Shown here: positions 1 through 12,237 of the stretch, one piece after another | How positions within the stretch are numbered: the stretch's first letter is position 1 | How the letters are laid out: every line of letters starts with the position of its first letter | Origin: Octopus vulgaris | Lineage: Eukaryota | Direction: 5' to 3' | NCBI GenBank assembly: GCA_951406725.2 | Contig: OX597831.1 | Coordinates: 13,516,001-13,580,000, forward strand | Length of the DNA stretch: 64,000 nt | Translations under genes and position numbers: made by a program | Notes under the pieces: generated by a model | What the model was told of the DNA's origin: nothing | Seen by the model: only the letters and a program-made list of their open reading frames with translations | The model's database searches: none

Positions 1-92
1 GTTGAAGACACTCGCTCAAGGTGGCACGCAGTGCAACTGAACCCAGATCCATCAGGTTACGAAGCAAATTTCTTACCATATAACCATGCCTG
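1..92 (-). mobile_element. SINE family A, diverged 5' (tRNA-like head) fragment
   Basis: Reverse complement aligns by eye to the head of the intact copy at 14197. Confidence 0.7.
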
Positions 93-549
93 AAAGCTCT
101 GCACTATGTACCGTCGTCCTCTCTTTCATGTTCCTTCCGTTGACATCCACTTGAAAGCAGTTTTACAATGGCACCGTTCCGTCTGCTTAATCTCTGACCA
201 GAAGGAATCGGTTGTGACTAGGACGTCGGCTAACATAATTCTCATCGATCGACGGCTAAAGAACAACATCAACAACAGCAATAACAACAACATCAACAAG
301 AGCAACAACAACAAATCAATGAAAGTTACCACTCCCACCAATACCAGCCGCACCGTCATTTTTATTCTCTGTTGCTACGATACGAAATAAGCATTAAAAA
401 AACAAAAACAAACAAAACCGACACGTGCCAGTATAGGTAATTTGGAAGTAGGCGACGACGAACGAAGATGGATAACCAAACGCATCGTGAAGTTTAATTG
501 CACCAAAATAAAACAACCTTTCACTTCTTCAAATTAATCTTCCGAACCT

Positions 550-553
<4 letters not shown>

Positions 554-581
<28 letters not shown>

Positions 582-601
582 CACATACACACACGCACGC
601 A

Positions 602-633
<32 letters not shown>

Positions 634-705
634 CACACATATATGCATGCATATTTACACATACACATATCTGTCTGACTCACTCAGACTCTGTCAGTCT
701 ATCTA

Positions 706-760
<55 letters not shown>

Positions 761-770
761 TTATCTATCT
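554..770. repeat. Compound microsatellite (TACA)n/(GCAC)n/(CA)n/(TCTA)n
   Basis: Directly visible. Confidence 0.95.
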
Positions 771-1074
771 GCATAACTATCTATAAAGTTTTATTTGTAT
801 TTATGGTGACTGTTTCCCTACTGACCTAAGTGTTGATAGCTTCACGTATGTTTTCTCAAAATTCAGACAAGTAATTAAGAATAAAGAACATCAGTTGAAT
901 TATATTCTTCACACAGTATTGCACGCATTATACAGCATCATTCTATGTTAACCTCATTAGGCTGTAAACATGACTTCTTGCGTGGGCGCCAAGTTCATGA
1001 ACGTTCACTTGCGCGAACGGTTATTGCGTTCAATCCAATTGTTTGACATCTTTGGAAAGAGTACGCGACTGCAG

Positions 1075-1311
1075 CTGTGGTTCTCAACCACTTTTCTACA
1101 TACTGACCTCTTTTAGACATATTCTATTCAGTTGGATACTCTTAGTCATCTGATATTTAAAATATTCCGTTTATACTTTTATAATTAAATATTAAGAATA
1201 ATTGTATAAAAATTTTGCTAAAATATTTCGTGCATTATAGAAGCCTAACAATTTGTTGCTCATATATTTTAACAACAGAATCTTATATGGATCCTCGGTT
1301 GAGCACCATTG
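1075..1311. mobile_element. hAT/Charlie-like MITE inserted in a decayed SINE A
   Basis: Imperfect TIRs CTGTGGTTCTCAACC (1075) / GGTTGAGCACCATTG (1297-1311) resembling Charlie CAGTGGTTCTCAACC; SINE A-like sequence continues on both flanks. Confidence 0.6.
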
Positions 1312-1679
1312 GAGTATAACATCGGGTCCGTCAAAGTCATGTCAATTTACTTTTGGTTGACGTGGTCTCTGGAAGAGAACGGTTTTGTTCTTAGGTTTGG
1401 GGACTAGAATTAAACTTCTACTCAGTTTACCCAACACGACATGGGCAGGCTATACATTTAGGAGAGTATATTCTGTTGGAAACATTCCAGCAATGGTCTC
1501 CGCTCATGCGGCTATGGCACCTCTTTCTGCCATCAGAGCTGAAACATGTCATGGCTTTCCCTGTTGGTTATTTATTCATGGCCGCAAGCATCGGCAATTA
1601 TAGATCCCCGTGTCCTCTTGCTCCACACGCAAAGCTATTATTGTCTGATCTATGTCCTTTCTGCTATAGGCAAAAAGAC

Positions 1680-1868
1680 TGAAAATTTGTGGAAGGGTAT
1701 TAATCGATTACATCGTTCCCAGAACTGCAAATGGTACTTACTTTATCGACCTTGAAAAGCTGAACAGAATCACTGACCTCGGCTGAATCTGAACTCGGAT
1801 CATAAAGACGGACGAAACGCCGCTTAACAGTTTCCCAGTGTGCAAAAGATTCTGCCAGCTCGCCGCTT
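1680..1868 (-). mobile_element. SINE family B, diverged copy
   Basis: Reverse complement begins GGCGAGCTGGCAGAATC, like the copy at 23819. Confidence 0.75.
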
Positions 1869-4411
1869 TCATCATCTGCATTTTACAAAGTGTGACATGT
1901 TTTTACTTGAGAAAGATACAATTGTAGTTTCCCTCTTACTTCCAACTGGCTTTCCAACAGTTTCCGTTGCTAGTTTCCTGCTCTCTCAACTTTATTATTG
2001 AATCACAGGACATATTTAACCTTTTGGCAAGTGGATTTGATCGCTTGACATCAGATGCATACATAGATGATGAGCTTATGTAATACATGTCCAGTTGCCA
2101 AATGTTCTGGTGTACCCTGTCCTCCTGTGCCACAAAAAATTATCCATATTTGTGTTACATAGGTTTTTTGATGATACATGACTTTTAATTTGGGAACGAC
2201 GATACAGCTGTTGTTTATTTACGATTTTCTCTACCCGTCTCCTACACTCACGAGCGTACCCTTAAGGCACAAAGCGTATTAAGCCTTCAGACAGGAGGAC
2301 TAAAACGCAGGACCTCACGGTACAACGAGACAACGGTTGGCTTCTGCAACAACTATCTAAGGGCCAATCACGCTGGGAGTCCTATATATCATAGCCTATA
2401 TCTCTTAACCACAAAGTTTTCCTTTATTCTATGCCATTAAAAAAAAGTATTTTATTTTTAAGATGAAAAGGAATAAGTAATCAGTTTTATTTTTGAATCG
2501 TAGTCATTTCGTCGCCACTTAATTAGATAAAACACTCAAGAAAAAGCATCAACGTCACACAATCAATAACTATTCTTTATATTCGAATATCTTGATATGA
2601 TTCGATATTTCAATTCTTTCTTTTAACTGCTTCCATTCATTAGGCTGCGGTCATGCTGGAACACATCCCCCAGATTATATCGATCTCAGTACTTAGTGAA
2701 ACTCATAATTTATTGATCCTAGTTTATTGAATGGATTAATCTGCATTTGACGCAAACGAATCTAACACAAGACTGTACTTTACTGTTTTACAACGATTTA
2801 TACATACAACGCACAAGTGGATCTTCGTCGATTTCGACGGTGAATATTATGTTTGAATTATCAACTGCACAACATATTAATTGCATTAAGTAGTAAATAT
2901 GCCTCAGTATTCCACGGACGGATGTACATTATACGCAGTCTTCGTGTAAAATCGGCGTGGATCTGTTGGGAAAGGCCGGCATTTTAAAGTCCAGGTAAAG
3001 TTCATCTGACGTGAAGATACGTTGTAGGATCTCATCAGGTATCACATAATTGTGATGCGAATTTCTTATGTATTCGGTCACAGCTGTAATTCTCACACCT
3101 TCACAATCACCTCCACACATTTATGTGTATATAGACAAATAGAAAAGAAAATGAATATACAATCCTATATAAAAAGACAGATATATATATATATATATAT
3201 TTATGCATGTATGTCTGTGTGTGTAATATAGATATTATGTAAATATATTGTGTGTGTGTGCACGTGTGTGTATGTGCATGTCTTTTTTTTTGTCTGTGTT
3301 TTCCCTCTGCCACCATTTGCCAACCGCTGCTGTTTTTTTTTTCTAACTTTTACTTGTACATGCGGCGGCATATACCTGGCGTAGGTTGAGCCGGCAAAAA
3401 CCCTCGAGTTCACTACATTCGACGGTCAGCAACAATCAAAACTGTAATAGATAGCCATACCCTGTTCCACTACCGAAGTTTATAGAGGCGGGGGCCCGAT
3501 TGCACTTCCACGACCGTCCTTACAATCGTCAGCCACGACTACTGTTTTCCTCTAGCTTGTTGGTTTCTTCACGTGCACATAACTTGCTTGTTTCTCAAGA
3601 CAGAACAATAATATAAGTATGAGGCTAAAACAGTACGTACTGGGGTCAAATTGTTCCACTAAACCCTTCAATCCAGTGACTAAAACTAGTAAAAGATAAG
3701 TTATCCTTTAACGGTTTTGATACCGTTTCCTTCTTTGATTTGTTTCGGAATAATATTAAACAGTGAGGGAAATAGCTGTGTTGCAATGTGGTTAGGCCTT
3801 GTTCGCCTATTTCACTTTGAAGGAACATGCTACGGAAAATCACCTTTTGAACAACGCTGGTGCTATATTTTCCCCATTGCGAAAACTGAGCACCACTCTC
3901 GGTGGCGCTGAGGGGAAAGAATAAATAGCCTCATATGTTTTGATGACAAGCGGCCAAAGAATATAAATTGCCTCAATTTCCGACCGGAAAAGGTTAAATT
4001 GAAAACATTCCACTTACGTCCATCATTTATGAGATGTTGATTATGTAAGTGAATATCATAAGTAAAATATATTAAAACATTCGTAGACGAGAGAATAAAG
4101 TTCTATTTTTCTCATTTTCAGACTCTGCGTCTCCTGAAAATTCCTCATTAATGGTACTGGAACATCTGTCTGCGTGCTGAGTGAAAGGAATGAATTTCTG
4201 TGTTTTGGAACAACATTTGGTGCCGACGAAACTGAATTAGATCTCGAATATGTATCATGCCGGATGATTGAAGATCGAACCACTTAGACGGTGGCGGCTT
4301 GGTTGTGGGGGAGGATGTTTTTTTTGTTTGTTTTTTTTTGGTTGGCTGGTTATTTGATATTGGCTAGCGACACATCAATAAACATCAAAGATATCGTCTG
4401 TTTCCGAGTGA

Positions 4412-4459
<48 letters not shown>

Positions 4460-4713
4460 AAGTGTTTGTATGTGTGCATATATATATATATATATATTGA
4501 CATTTCGACTTATATATAGATATACACATACATGGTTACACGCACACACAGGCATATATTAATATATACACATCTATCTATCTGTCTATCTATCTATCTA
4601 TCTAGGTATATATGCATGTGTGTAGATATATATAACCTGCATATATGCACATATGCACATACATGGTTGAGAGTGTTTATATATTCGTATGTATAAATTT
4701 GTACATATATGTC

Positions 4714-4782
<69 letters not shown>

Positions 4783-5244
4783 TTATGTATGTATGTACGT
4801 GTATATATATATTTATATATAAACGTATGTGTGTGTATGTATGTATGTGCATATGTATGTATAGATTTATACTTTCATTATTGACAAAAAAAAATGCTAA
4901 TAGGAATTCTTAAAAACACAGTTATTTGCAATGTCTTCCTATGACTCTGGGAAAGAAATGATGAAAGTAAACCTGAAAACAATAAAAATAAATAAGTAGA
5001 TAAATAAAGAAGGAAATAAAGAAAGAAAAAAAATGAAAGAAAGAAAGAAAGAGAGACAGACAGAAAGAAAAGAAGGAAGAAACAAATAAAGTTTCAAAAA
5101 GCAATCAGTAAATGAAAACGAAAAGACGGAATACGGAAACGATACAGATGTGTGTTGGCCATTGAAATATACTTAAGCAAATAATCTCATGCACAAATAC
5201 TTATACAGAGAGACACTTATCCATACATGCATATATGTGTGCGA

Positions 5245-5284
<40 letters not shown>

Positions 5285-5418
5285 ACGTATGTTTGCACGT
5301 ATGTATATCTACATGCATACACATACAGACTATATATCGATATAAAACCTAATATTGTGTGTTGGAGTGAGCGCATATACATATACATACATACGTACGT
5401 ACATTCATACATACATAG

Positions 5419-5481
<63 letters not shown>

Positions 5482-5488
5482 TATATAT

Positions 5489-5529
<41 letters not shown>

Positions 5530-5877
5530 TATATATATCCATGTATGTATGTATGTCAATGTAAGAGATGTATATGAATGCATAACCTATATAAACAGGG
5601 TAAATACAACTATTTCTCCATAAGATGAAAAAGAAATGAACAGACTTAATCGATTTTCGATCCTAATTATGTTCTCATCAGACTTAAACCAATCACTTTG
5701 GCCAATCCCAGAGAAATAAGAGGCCAATTTGTTTAGTATACTCAACAAACGCAGTGGTTACAGTTTGAGCTATCAATTTTCGTATCGTATGTTTTGATAC
5801 TTTATTTATTTAATATCTGCGACCCTTCAACGGGAATCACAGAAGCAACTTATGACGTAACATGAGCGTGGCTTACG

Positions 5878-6470
5878 TGGCCAGCTGGCAGGATCGTTAG
5901 CACGCCGGGCGAATTACTTAGCGGTATTTGGCCTGCCGCAACGTTCTGAGTTCAAATTCCACCGAAGTCGACTTTGCCTTTTATCCTTTCGGGGTCGATA
6001 AATTAAGTACCAGTTACACACTGGGGTCAATGTAATCGACTTAATCCGTTTGTATGTCCTTGTTTGTTCCCTCCGTGTTTAGCCCCTTGTGGATAGTAAA
6101 GAAATAGGTATTTCGTCTGTCGCTGCGTTCTGAGTTCAAATCCCGCAGAGGTCGACTTTGCCTTTCATCCTTTCGAGGTCGGGGGTCGATGTAATCGACT
6201 TACCCCTTCCCCCAAAATTCCAGGCCTTGTGCTTATAGTAGAAATGATTATTAATAAAGAAATAAGAAACGTCAACACGCCGGGCGAAATGCTTAATGGT
6301 ATTTTGTCTGTCGCTACGTTCTGAGTTCAAATTCTGCTGAGGACTACTGAGCCTTTCATCCTTTCAAGGTCGATAAATTAAGTACTAGTTGCGTACTGGG
6401 GTCGATCTAATCCACTGCTCCCCCCCCAAAAAAATAAATTTCAGACCTTGTACCTAGAGTACAAAAGAAT
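5878..6470 (+). mobile_element. SINE family B tandem concatemer (tRNA head + Deu/Nin-like central domain)
   Basis: A-box-like TGGCAGGATCGTTAG; B-box-like GAGTTCAAAT three times, each followed by a GCCTTTCATCCTTTCGGGGTCGAT-type domain. Confidence 0.85.
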
Positions 6471-6474
6471 ATAT

Positions 6475-6770
6475 GCGTGGCTTTGTGGTTAGAGATATTC
6501 GGCTCATGATCGTAAAGCCGAGAGTTCGATTACCAACAGTGCGATTTGTCCTTGAGCAAGACATTTTATTTTACACTGCTCCAGTTCACTCAGCAGATAT
6601 AAATGAGAAGTATTTGTTTTTCAAAGGGGTCAGTCTTGTCACATCCTGTGTGACGCTGAATCTCCCTCAGAACTACGTTAAGGGTACCCGTGTCTGTGCA
6701 GAGATCATCCACTTGCACGATAATTACATTGAGACAACTGGAACCGTCTTCGTCCCAACCGACGTCGTGT
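6475..6770 (+). mobile_element. tRNA-derived SINE with CORE-like middle and the family C 3' tail
   Basis: Head TGGCTTTGTGGTTAG...GAGTTCGATT, middle CTTGAGCAAG...CAGTTCACTCAGC, tail ACGCTGAATCTCCC...GTTAAGGGTAC shared with the copies at 26704 and 35885. Confidence 0.7.
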
Positions 6771-6815
6771 TTATAAATACGGCAAAATTAATAATTCCTC
6801 CGTAAATTGACTAAA

Positions 6816-7122
6816 TGGAGTGGCTGTGTGGTAAGTAGCATACTTTTCAACCACATGAATCCGGGTTCAGTCCCACTGCGTGGCACCTTGGGCAAGTGTC
6901 ATTTACTATAGCCTCAGGTAGACGAAAATCTTTATATATGCTTGTGTGTCTTTGTTTGTCATCCCATCATCGCTGGACAAGTTCAAATCCCGCTGTTTGC
7001 ACACCCGTAACTTAGCAGGTTCGGCAAAAGAGACCGACAGAATGTGTACTAGGCTTACAAAGAATAAGACCAGGGTCGATTTGTTCGACTAAAAGCTGTG
7101 CTCTAGCATGGCCGCTGTCAAA
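6816..7122 (+). mobile_element. SINE family A
   Basis: GGAGTGGCTGTGTGGTAAG head, GGGTTCAGTCCC B-box, CAGCATGGCCGC-type tail. Confidence 0.85.
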
Positions 7123-7124
7123 TT

Positions 7125-7330
7125 CTTTTATTCTTTTACTTGTCTCAATCATTTGACTGCGGCTATGCTGAAGCAGCGCCTTTAGTCGAAAACATCGACC
7201 GCTAAGTTACAGGGCGTAAACACATCAACATCTTTTGTCAAGCGATCATGGAGGGACAAACACGGACACAAACCTATACATACATACATACATACATATA
7301 CATGCATACATACATACATACATACATACA

Positions 7331-7364
<34 letters not shown>

Positions 7365-7490
7365 CATATATACGACGGGCTCTTTTCAGGTTCCCTCTAC
7401 CAAATCCACTCACAAGGCTTTGGTCGTCCCGAGGCTATAGTAGAAAACGCTTACACAGATTTCACGCAGTGGAACTGAACCCGGGACAAT
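7125..7490 (-). mobile_element. SINE family A, tail-to-tail with the previous copy, internal (CATA)n expanded
   Basis: Reverse complement matches the copy at 14197-14592. Confidence 0.85.
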
Positions 7491-8014
7491 GTCGACAGGC
7501 ATAGAGATATGTATGTATACACGTATGCTTGTATGCCTATATATACAAACATGGTGGCTGCCCCCTCGTTATCGAGTATGGCCATTGCACGAAGCTTTAA
7601 TCAATGTTGTTATCGTGCAATGCCTGTGCAAGAAGATTTTTTTTTAAGTGAAGAGATGCTGTGCACAGATTCAATCCCACTCACTAAGCAACAGCATCCA
7701 TAATCCGAAAAGAAGAACAAGTCAACATGATCGGTAACCACTGAGCCGCAGGTTTTATGTCGGCTGGATTGTTATTTGTATTCATTTCATATATTTCCTG
7801 ACGAAGATCGGTTCCAAGCGCAAACAACTGAAAAGGCTACCAAGAAGGTAACCATGGCAGCTGAAATCAGCTCAGGAAGGTTGAGGATGACAGGAGACCT
7901 CCGTTGGAATCCTTGAGCAAGTTACTTTACCTCACGTTGTTCCATTCCACTCTGCTGGTAAAAATGATTCATACATGTGATTCAAAGAGTCAGCCTCGTC
8001 ACAAACTAGTTATC

Positions 8015-8348
8015 CTAGTTACCTGAGTTACCTTCTCCTAGAAGGATACCCTAACAAAGGCTAGGAGTCCTCCACTCCCAATGGTTTAACCGAGCGATCG
8101 GGTATTCAGTCCCATTATTTCTATGTCCCCGCGCATGATACAGCCTTAATACATCTATCGGATGGCCGTTGACTCTCAAGAGTTCCTCCGCTCTTTGACA
8201 GGGTTTTGTATTTCATCCCGCAGGGTGTCCAATAAACACCCTCCTCACCAAAGCAAGCTTGGTGGAGTTGCCGGTTTAGTTGCCGACGAACCGACCATGC
8301 AAGGGGTTGTACTGGCTTACATGTTCCCAGAAACACTCGAAAGTGGCC
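8015..8348 (-). mobile_element. RTE-like LINE 5' UTR fragment beginning with an HDV-like ribozyme fold
   Basis: Minus strand starts GGCCAC..., contains GCCAGTACAACCCC...CTAAACCGGCAACTCCACC and ends ...CTAGGAGAAGGTAACTC, motifs I associate with RTE 5' UTRs; no ORF. Confidence 0.5.
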
Positions 8349-8650
8349 TGACATAATATACATACATATATATATTATTACATACACAGATTGTAATACA
8401 GACAGACAACTCGACAGACAGGCAGACAGACAGGTAGATGGATATTGTTGACGTCATACGAATTTCAACTTTCCAGAGAAGGTGAAGTTATTTTTCTCGG
8501 GACAAAGGATCTCGAAACGCATAAAGCTATGTATAATGTCATGTGTATAATGTGTGTATGTGCGTATATTTATATATATACATATATATGTGTGTGTATA
8601 TTTATATGCCTATAAATTTATATGTGTATATTTAGTATATTTGCATATAT

Positions 8651-8702
<52 letters not shown>

Positions 8703-8703
<1 letters not shown>

Positions 8704-9216
8704 AAATATTGAGGTTTAGTTAACATGTGATCTAAACGATTAGGTACGCTATGTAAGTGCCGGAACGAATTACTGGTACTCCAAGGTTATAGCCGAGACG
8801 TTATTTATTGAGCAATTGCAGTTATCCGATGCAGCGGATCTAAAATTGTTAAACCGGACGTCAAACATCAAAGCAAAGCAAGCATATCAAGTCGTATACA
8901 ATATTATAAGAGGAAGAAATTCAAAATCTTACAGCTCTTTCTGGGATATCCCCGAGTATGGGATATTCCATCATCAGAGACAAATGGGGGGTGAATACGG
9001 AAAATGAGAATGGTATGTATGAATAAGATGACAACATACAGGAAATGAGTAAAAGAATAAGGATGTAGAAAGAAAGAAGAAAAAAGAAGCATAAAAGTTC
9101 GTAGTTCAACTTTCCGAAATTTGTAGAAACCAGAGCGCGAGTCCTTAGGTTCAATCCTGCATAGATCCTAACTTCGGAAAGTTGAACTATGAACTTTTAT
9201 GCTTCTTTTTTCTTCT
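8703..9216 (-). mobile_element. Penelope-like pLTR module: hammerhead plus inverted terminal segment, next to (TA)n
   Basis: Abuts (TA)n at 8681-8702; hammerhead at 8925-8981; 44-bp inverted repeat 9075-9118 / 9173-9216. Confidence 0.6.
8925..8981 (-). ncRNA. Type I hammerhead ribozyme motif
   Basis: Minus strand: GTCT-CTGATGA-TGGAATATCCC-atactcg-GGGATATCCCA-GAAA-GAGCTG-TA-AGAT. Canonical core, 10 of 11 stem II pairs, near-palindromic stem III, 4-bp stem I. Confidence 0.75.
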
Positions 9217-9221
9217 CTCTT

Positions 9222-9862
9222 TCCCGAGGACAATTGCCCCTAACACAATTCCCCCAGACGATAACTATCCCCTTGGACAATTACCCCAACTGCTTAATTA
9301 CCCCCTCTCCAATATATTAAGAAGTTTTAAGTCATCATTTTAAAAGTGCAAATTATCGCGGTTCTTCGCAAATATCGTATCCCATTTATGTGGTCATAAT
9401 TGCTAACTACGGCATTAATACGCGCTGAAACATCTAAATATTTCTTTCTAGAAATAATCAACAACAATATTAAAGTCTTTATAGATCAGAAATAACATTA
9501 TCAAAACATGAACGTAACACAAAGCAAATATGTAGCAATAGTACTGTAGCAATAGTCTTCACGTTGTTCACCGACCGACCTTTCCTCTGAAAAAATCACT
9601 AGAGTCAATCAATCTCCATACATAAATTATTTTTCCTCCTGAAACTTATAAAAAATATACACATTTGAGCGCAACTTTCTTTAAGCCACACATTGAATTT
9701 CCCAAGTAAAAAATAGTGGCTTATACACCGGAAAATAGGGTACACACGGGGGGAATTTGGGTTTAACTGCTTAGGGGTAATTGCCCTTAGGGGCTGTTGT
9801 CCTCGGGGATAATTGTCCTTGGTTGGTTATTGCCCATGGGGGAGGGGTAAATGTCCTAGACA
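9222..9862. mobile_element. Fold-back MITE with subterminal GGACAATTRCCCC repeats, containing a Tigger/pogo-like end
   Basis: GGACAATTGCCCC/GGACAATTACCCC repeats at 9228-9305, inverted counterparts at 9775-9862 ending GTCCTAGACAC; internal TTATACACCGGAAAATAGGGTA (9721-9742) resembles a Tigger TIR. Confidence 0.55.
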
Positions 9863-10509
9863 CTTTCCAGTATAAAGAAAGTCGTGACATTGTTGCCCCG
9901 GGCCCAGGTGTATAAGCCGCCATTTCTTTTGTTTTACCTTCATGTTTTGATAATGTTATTTTTTTTTTATCTAATAAAGACTTTTATATTGACGAAATGT
10001 GTTTGTTGCAGATTATAGTAAGATAAAATCGTGACAATAGCAATACATCTCATAGTCGTAAAATAAGGCATTTTGAAACTACATATACGTCAACAACAAA
10101 AAAGCTAACCGCGGACTGGTTGCTCCACAGGTTTTGTAAACACCGGCGTGCTTTATGTGTGGACGAAAAACAGCGATGTCGGGCAAACGAATATATATAT
10201 ATGTAAATAATTAATATTTCTTCCTTCTTGGTGTTCATTGTCTGATGGTGTTGATTCTTCGAACAGAGTGGTGACATTTAGTAAAGATGACCCGGAAGTT
10301 GGTTCTCTTCGATTACTATCGTAAACAGGAGTAGCTTTCATCAACCGAACACATGTTATTGATTGGTTGAAATTACCCAAATAAAAATACGAAATTTTGT
10401 CAAAAACGTTAAGAGTAGACCGTGTTCTACGCGAGAAATTCTATCAGAAAGATTTATTGGGAAAATTTTCGGTGAAAATTTTCGAAAAGTTCTTGGGGAA
10501 ACTTTCGAA

Positions 10510-10568
10510 AAATTTGGTAGACAGAAACTGAAAGAAGCCCATCGTATATATGTATATGTGTATATATA

Positions 10569-10637
<69 letters not shown>

Positions 10638-10841
10638 TTGTGTCTGTGTGTGTTCTGCCACCATCGCTTGACAACCGATGCTAGTGTGTTTACGTCCGCG
10701 TAACTTAGCAGTTCGAGAAAAGAAACCGATAGAATAAGTACCAGGCTTACCAAGAACAAGTTCTTCGGTCGATTTGTTCGACTAAAGACGATGCTCTAGC
10801 ATAGCCGCAGTCAAACGACCTACACAAATAAAAGTATAAAA

Positions 10842-10843
<2 letters not shown>
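10510..10843 (+). mobile_element. SINE family A, 3' two-thirds with internal (TG)n
   Basis: TTTGGTAGACAGAAACTGAAAGAAGCCC ... AGCATAGCCGCAGTCAAA. Confidence 0.85.
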
Positions 10844-10898
<55 letters not shown>

Positions 10899-11861
10899 AT
10901 TATATGCAGGTATGCATAGACCGTAATATTAGATTATTCTGTTTTCTTTTACGGTTCCTGGAGGGAGGAAAAACTACGGCGTTCTTCCGAAGTCTTGGAG
11001 TAACAATTCATTGTTTTATATTTTTATAACGTTCTATTTATTCCTATTTCTCTTTTTTGTTATTGTTATTGTTTTTAGAATTCTCTATGAATATAACAGG
11101 AATACAAAGAATAACAATAACCAAATTTTGAAAAAAAGCAGAAAAAATTCGGCAGAAAAAAAAAAAAAAATGAAATTCGTAAAAACTACAAAGAAGATAT
11201 TGAGAATCAAATTTTGTTTCCATCTTCGGCGTAATATTGATTTCTTTGATGCTCTCAGTAGAGGGCGCTTTTGTAGCTGTTGTTGTTTGTGGGGGCGGTT
11301 GTGGTGGGGATGAGGTGTTATTGTTGTTGCTATTGTTTTAGTAGTAGTAGTGGTGGGAGTGGTGGTGGTAGTGATAGTAGTAGTGGTAGCAGTAGTGATG
11401 TTAGTAGTAGTGGTGGTAGTGGTGGTGGTAGTAGTAGTAGTAGTAACTGATATTAGTGTTTTGTTCCTTTTTCTTTTATTACTTCTCTTTCCTCTTTCAC
11501 TTTTCCTTCTTTCAACCCCACCCCCTTTCTCATTCTGCTCCTCCTTCTTCTTACCTCCTTCTCTTACCCCTCCTTTTCGCCTTTCGCTCTATATTTTCTT
11601 CTTCATCCTCTTTCACATGTTCCTCATGGTTTTCCTTTCTTCTTCATGATTTTTAAAATTCTTTTCACCTCCTCCTCCTCCTTTGTTTTCTTCTTTCCGT
11701 CATCGTTGTCGTCGTCGTCGTCGTCGTTCTCCTCCTTCTTCTCCTCCTTGCTTTAATGATGCTACCACTTGTTTCCCTTATCACAGCTGTTGTGCGTTCG
11801 ATGTTCGATTTCCACTTTTACTGAGAACATCCTGGGAAAATGATGATTGAGCCGATAATTT

Positions 11862-11862
11862 C

Positions 11863-11915
<53 letters not shown>

Positions 11916-12024
11916 CGATGACGACGACGACGGCGAGGACGACGACGACGACGACGATAATGATGCTGGTTGTCGTTATAGCAAAGCTGTGGCCTTTGCT
12001 ATGACTGATAATGCTAAAAGTAGA

Positions 12025-12070
<46 letters not shown>

Positions 12071-12092
12071 TGACGATGATGATGATGATGAC

Positions 12093-12133
<41 letters not shown>

Positions 12134-12164
12134 CGATGATGATGATGATGATGATGATGATGAC

Positions 12165-12226
<62 letters not shown>

Positions 12227-12237
12227 CGACGATGATG
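11862..12237. repeat. (GAT)n/(GAC)n trinucleotide arrays
   Basis: Directly visible; source of the poly-His/Met/Asp ORFs. Confidence 0.95.

Noticed and set aside
126-256. Possible minus-strand exon after a TTTAG acceptor
   Set aside because: All three frames stop within it and no protein family is recognisable.
2929-3084. Protein-like minus-strand stretch VTEYIRNSHHNYVIPDEILQRIFTSDELYLDFK
   Set aside because: Poor pyrimidine tract, weak donor and no recognisable homology; would need a BLAST search.
5641-5687. Minus-strand CTGATGA...GAAA-ATCGAT-TA flanked by a 9-bp direct repeat
   Set aside because: Stem II is weak and stem I cannot form; likely chance.
7798-7835. CTGACGAAG hammerhead-like start
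   Set aside because: No stem II and no properly placed GAAA.
10267-10320. Candidate + strand phase-2 exon RVVTFSKDDPEVGSLRLLS that could splice to the DGK-like exon
   Set aside because: Weak donor (GTAAAC) and no recognised homology.
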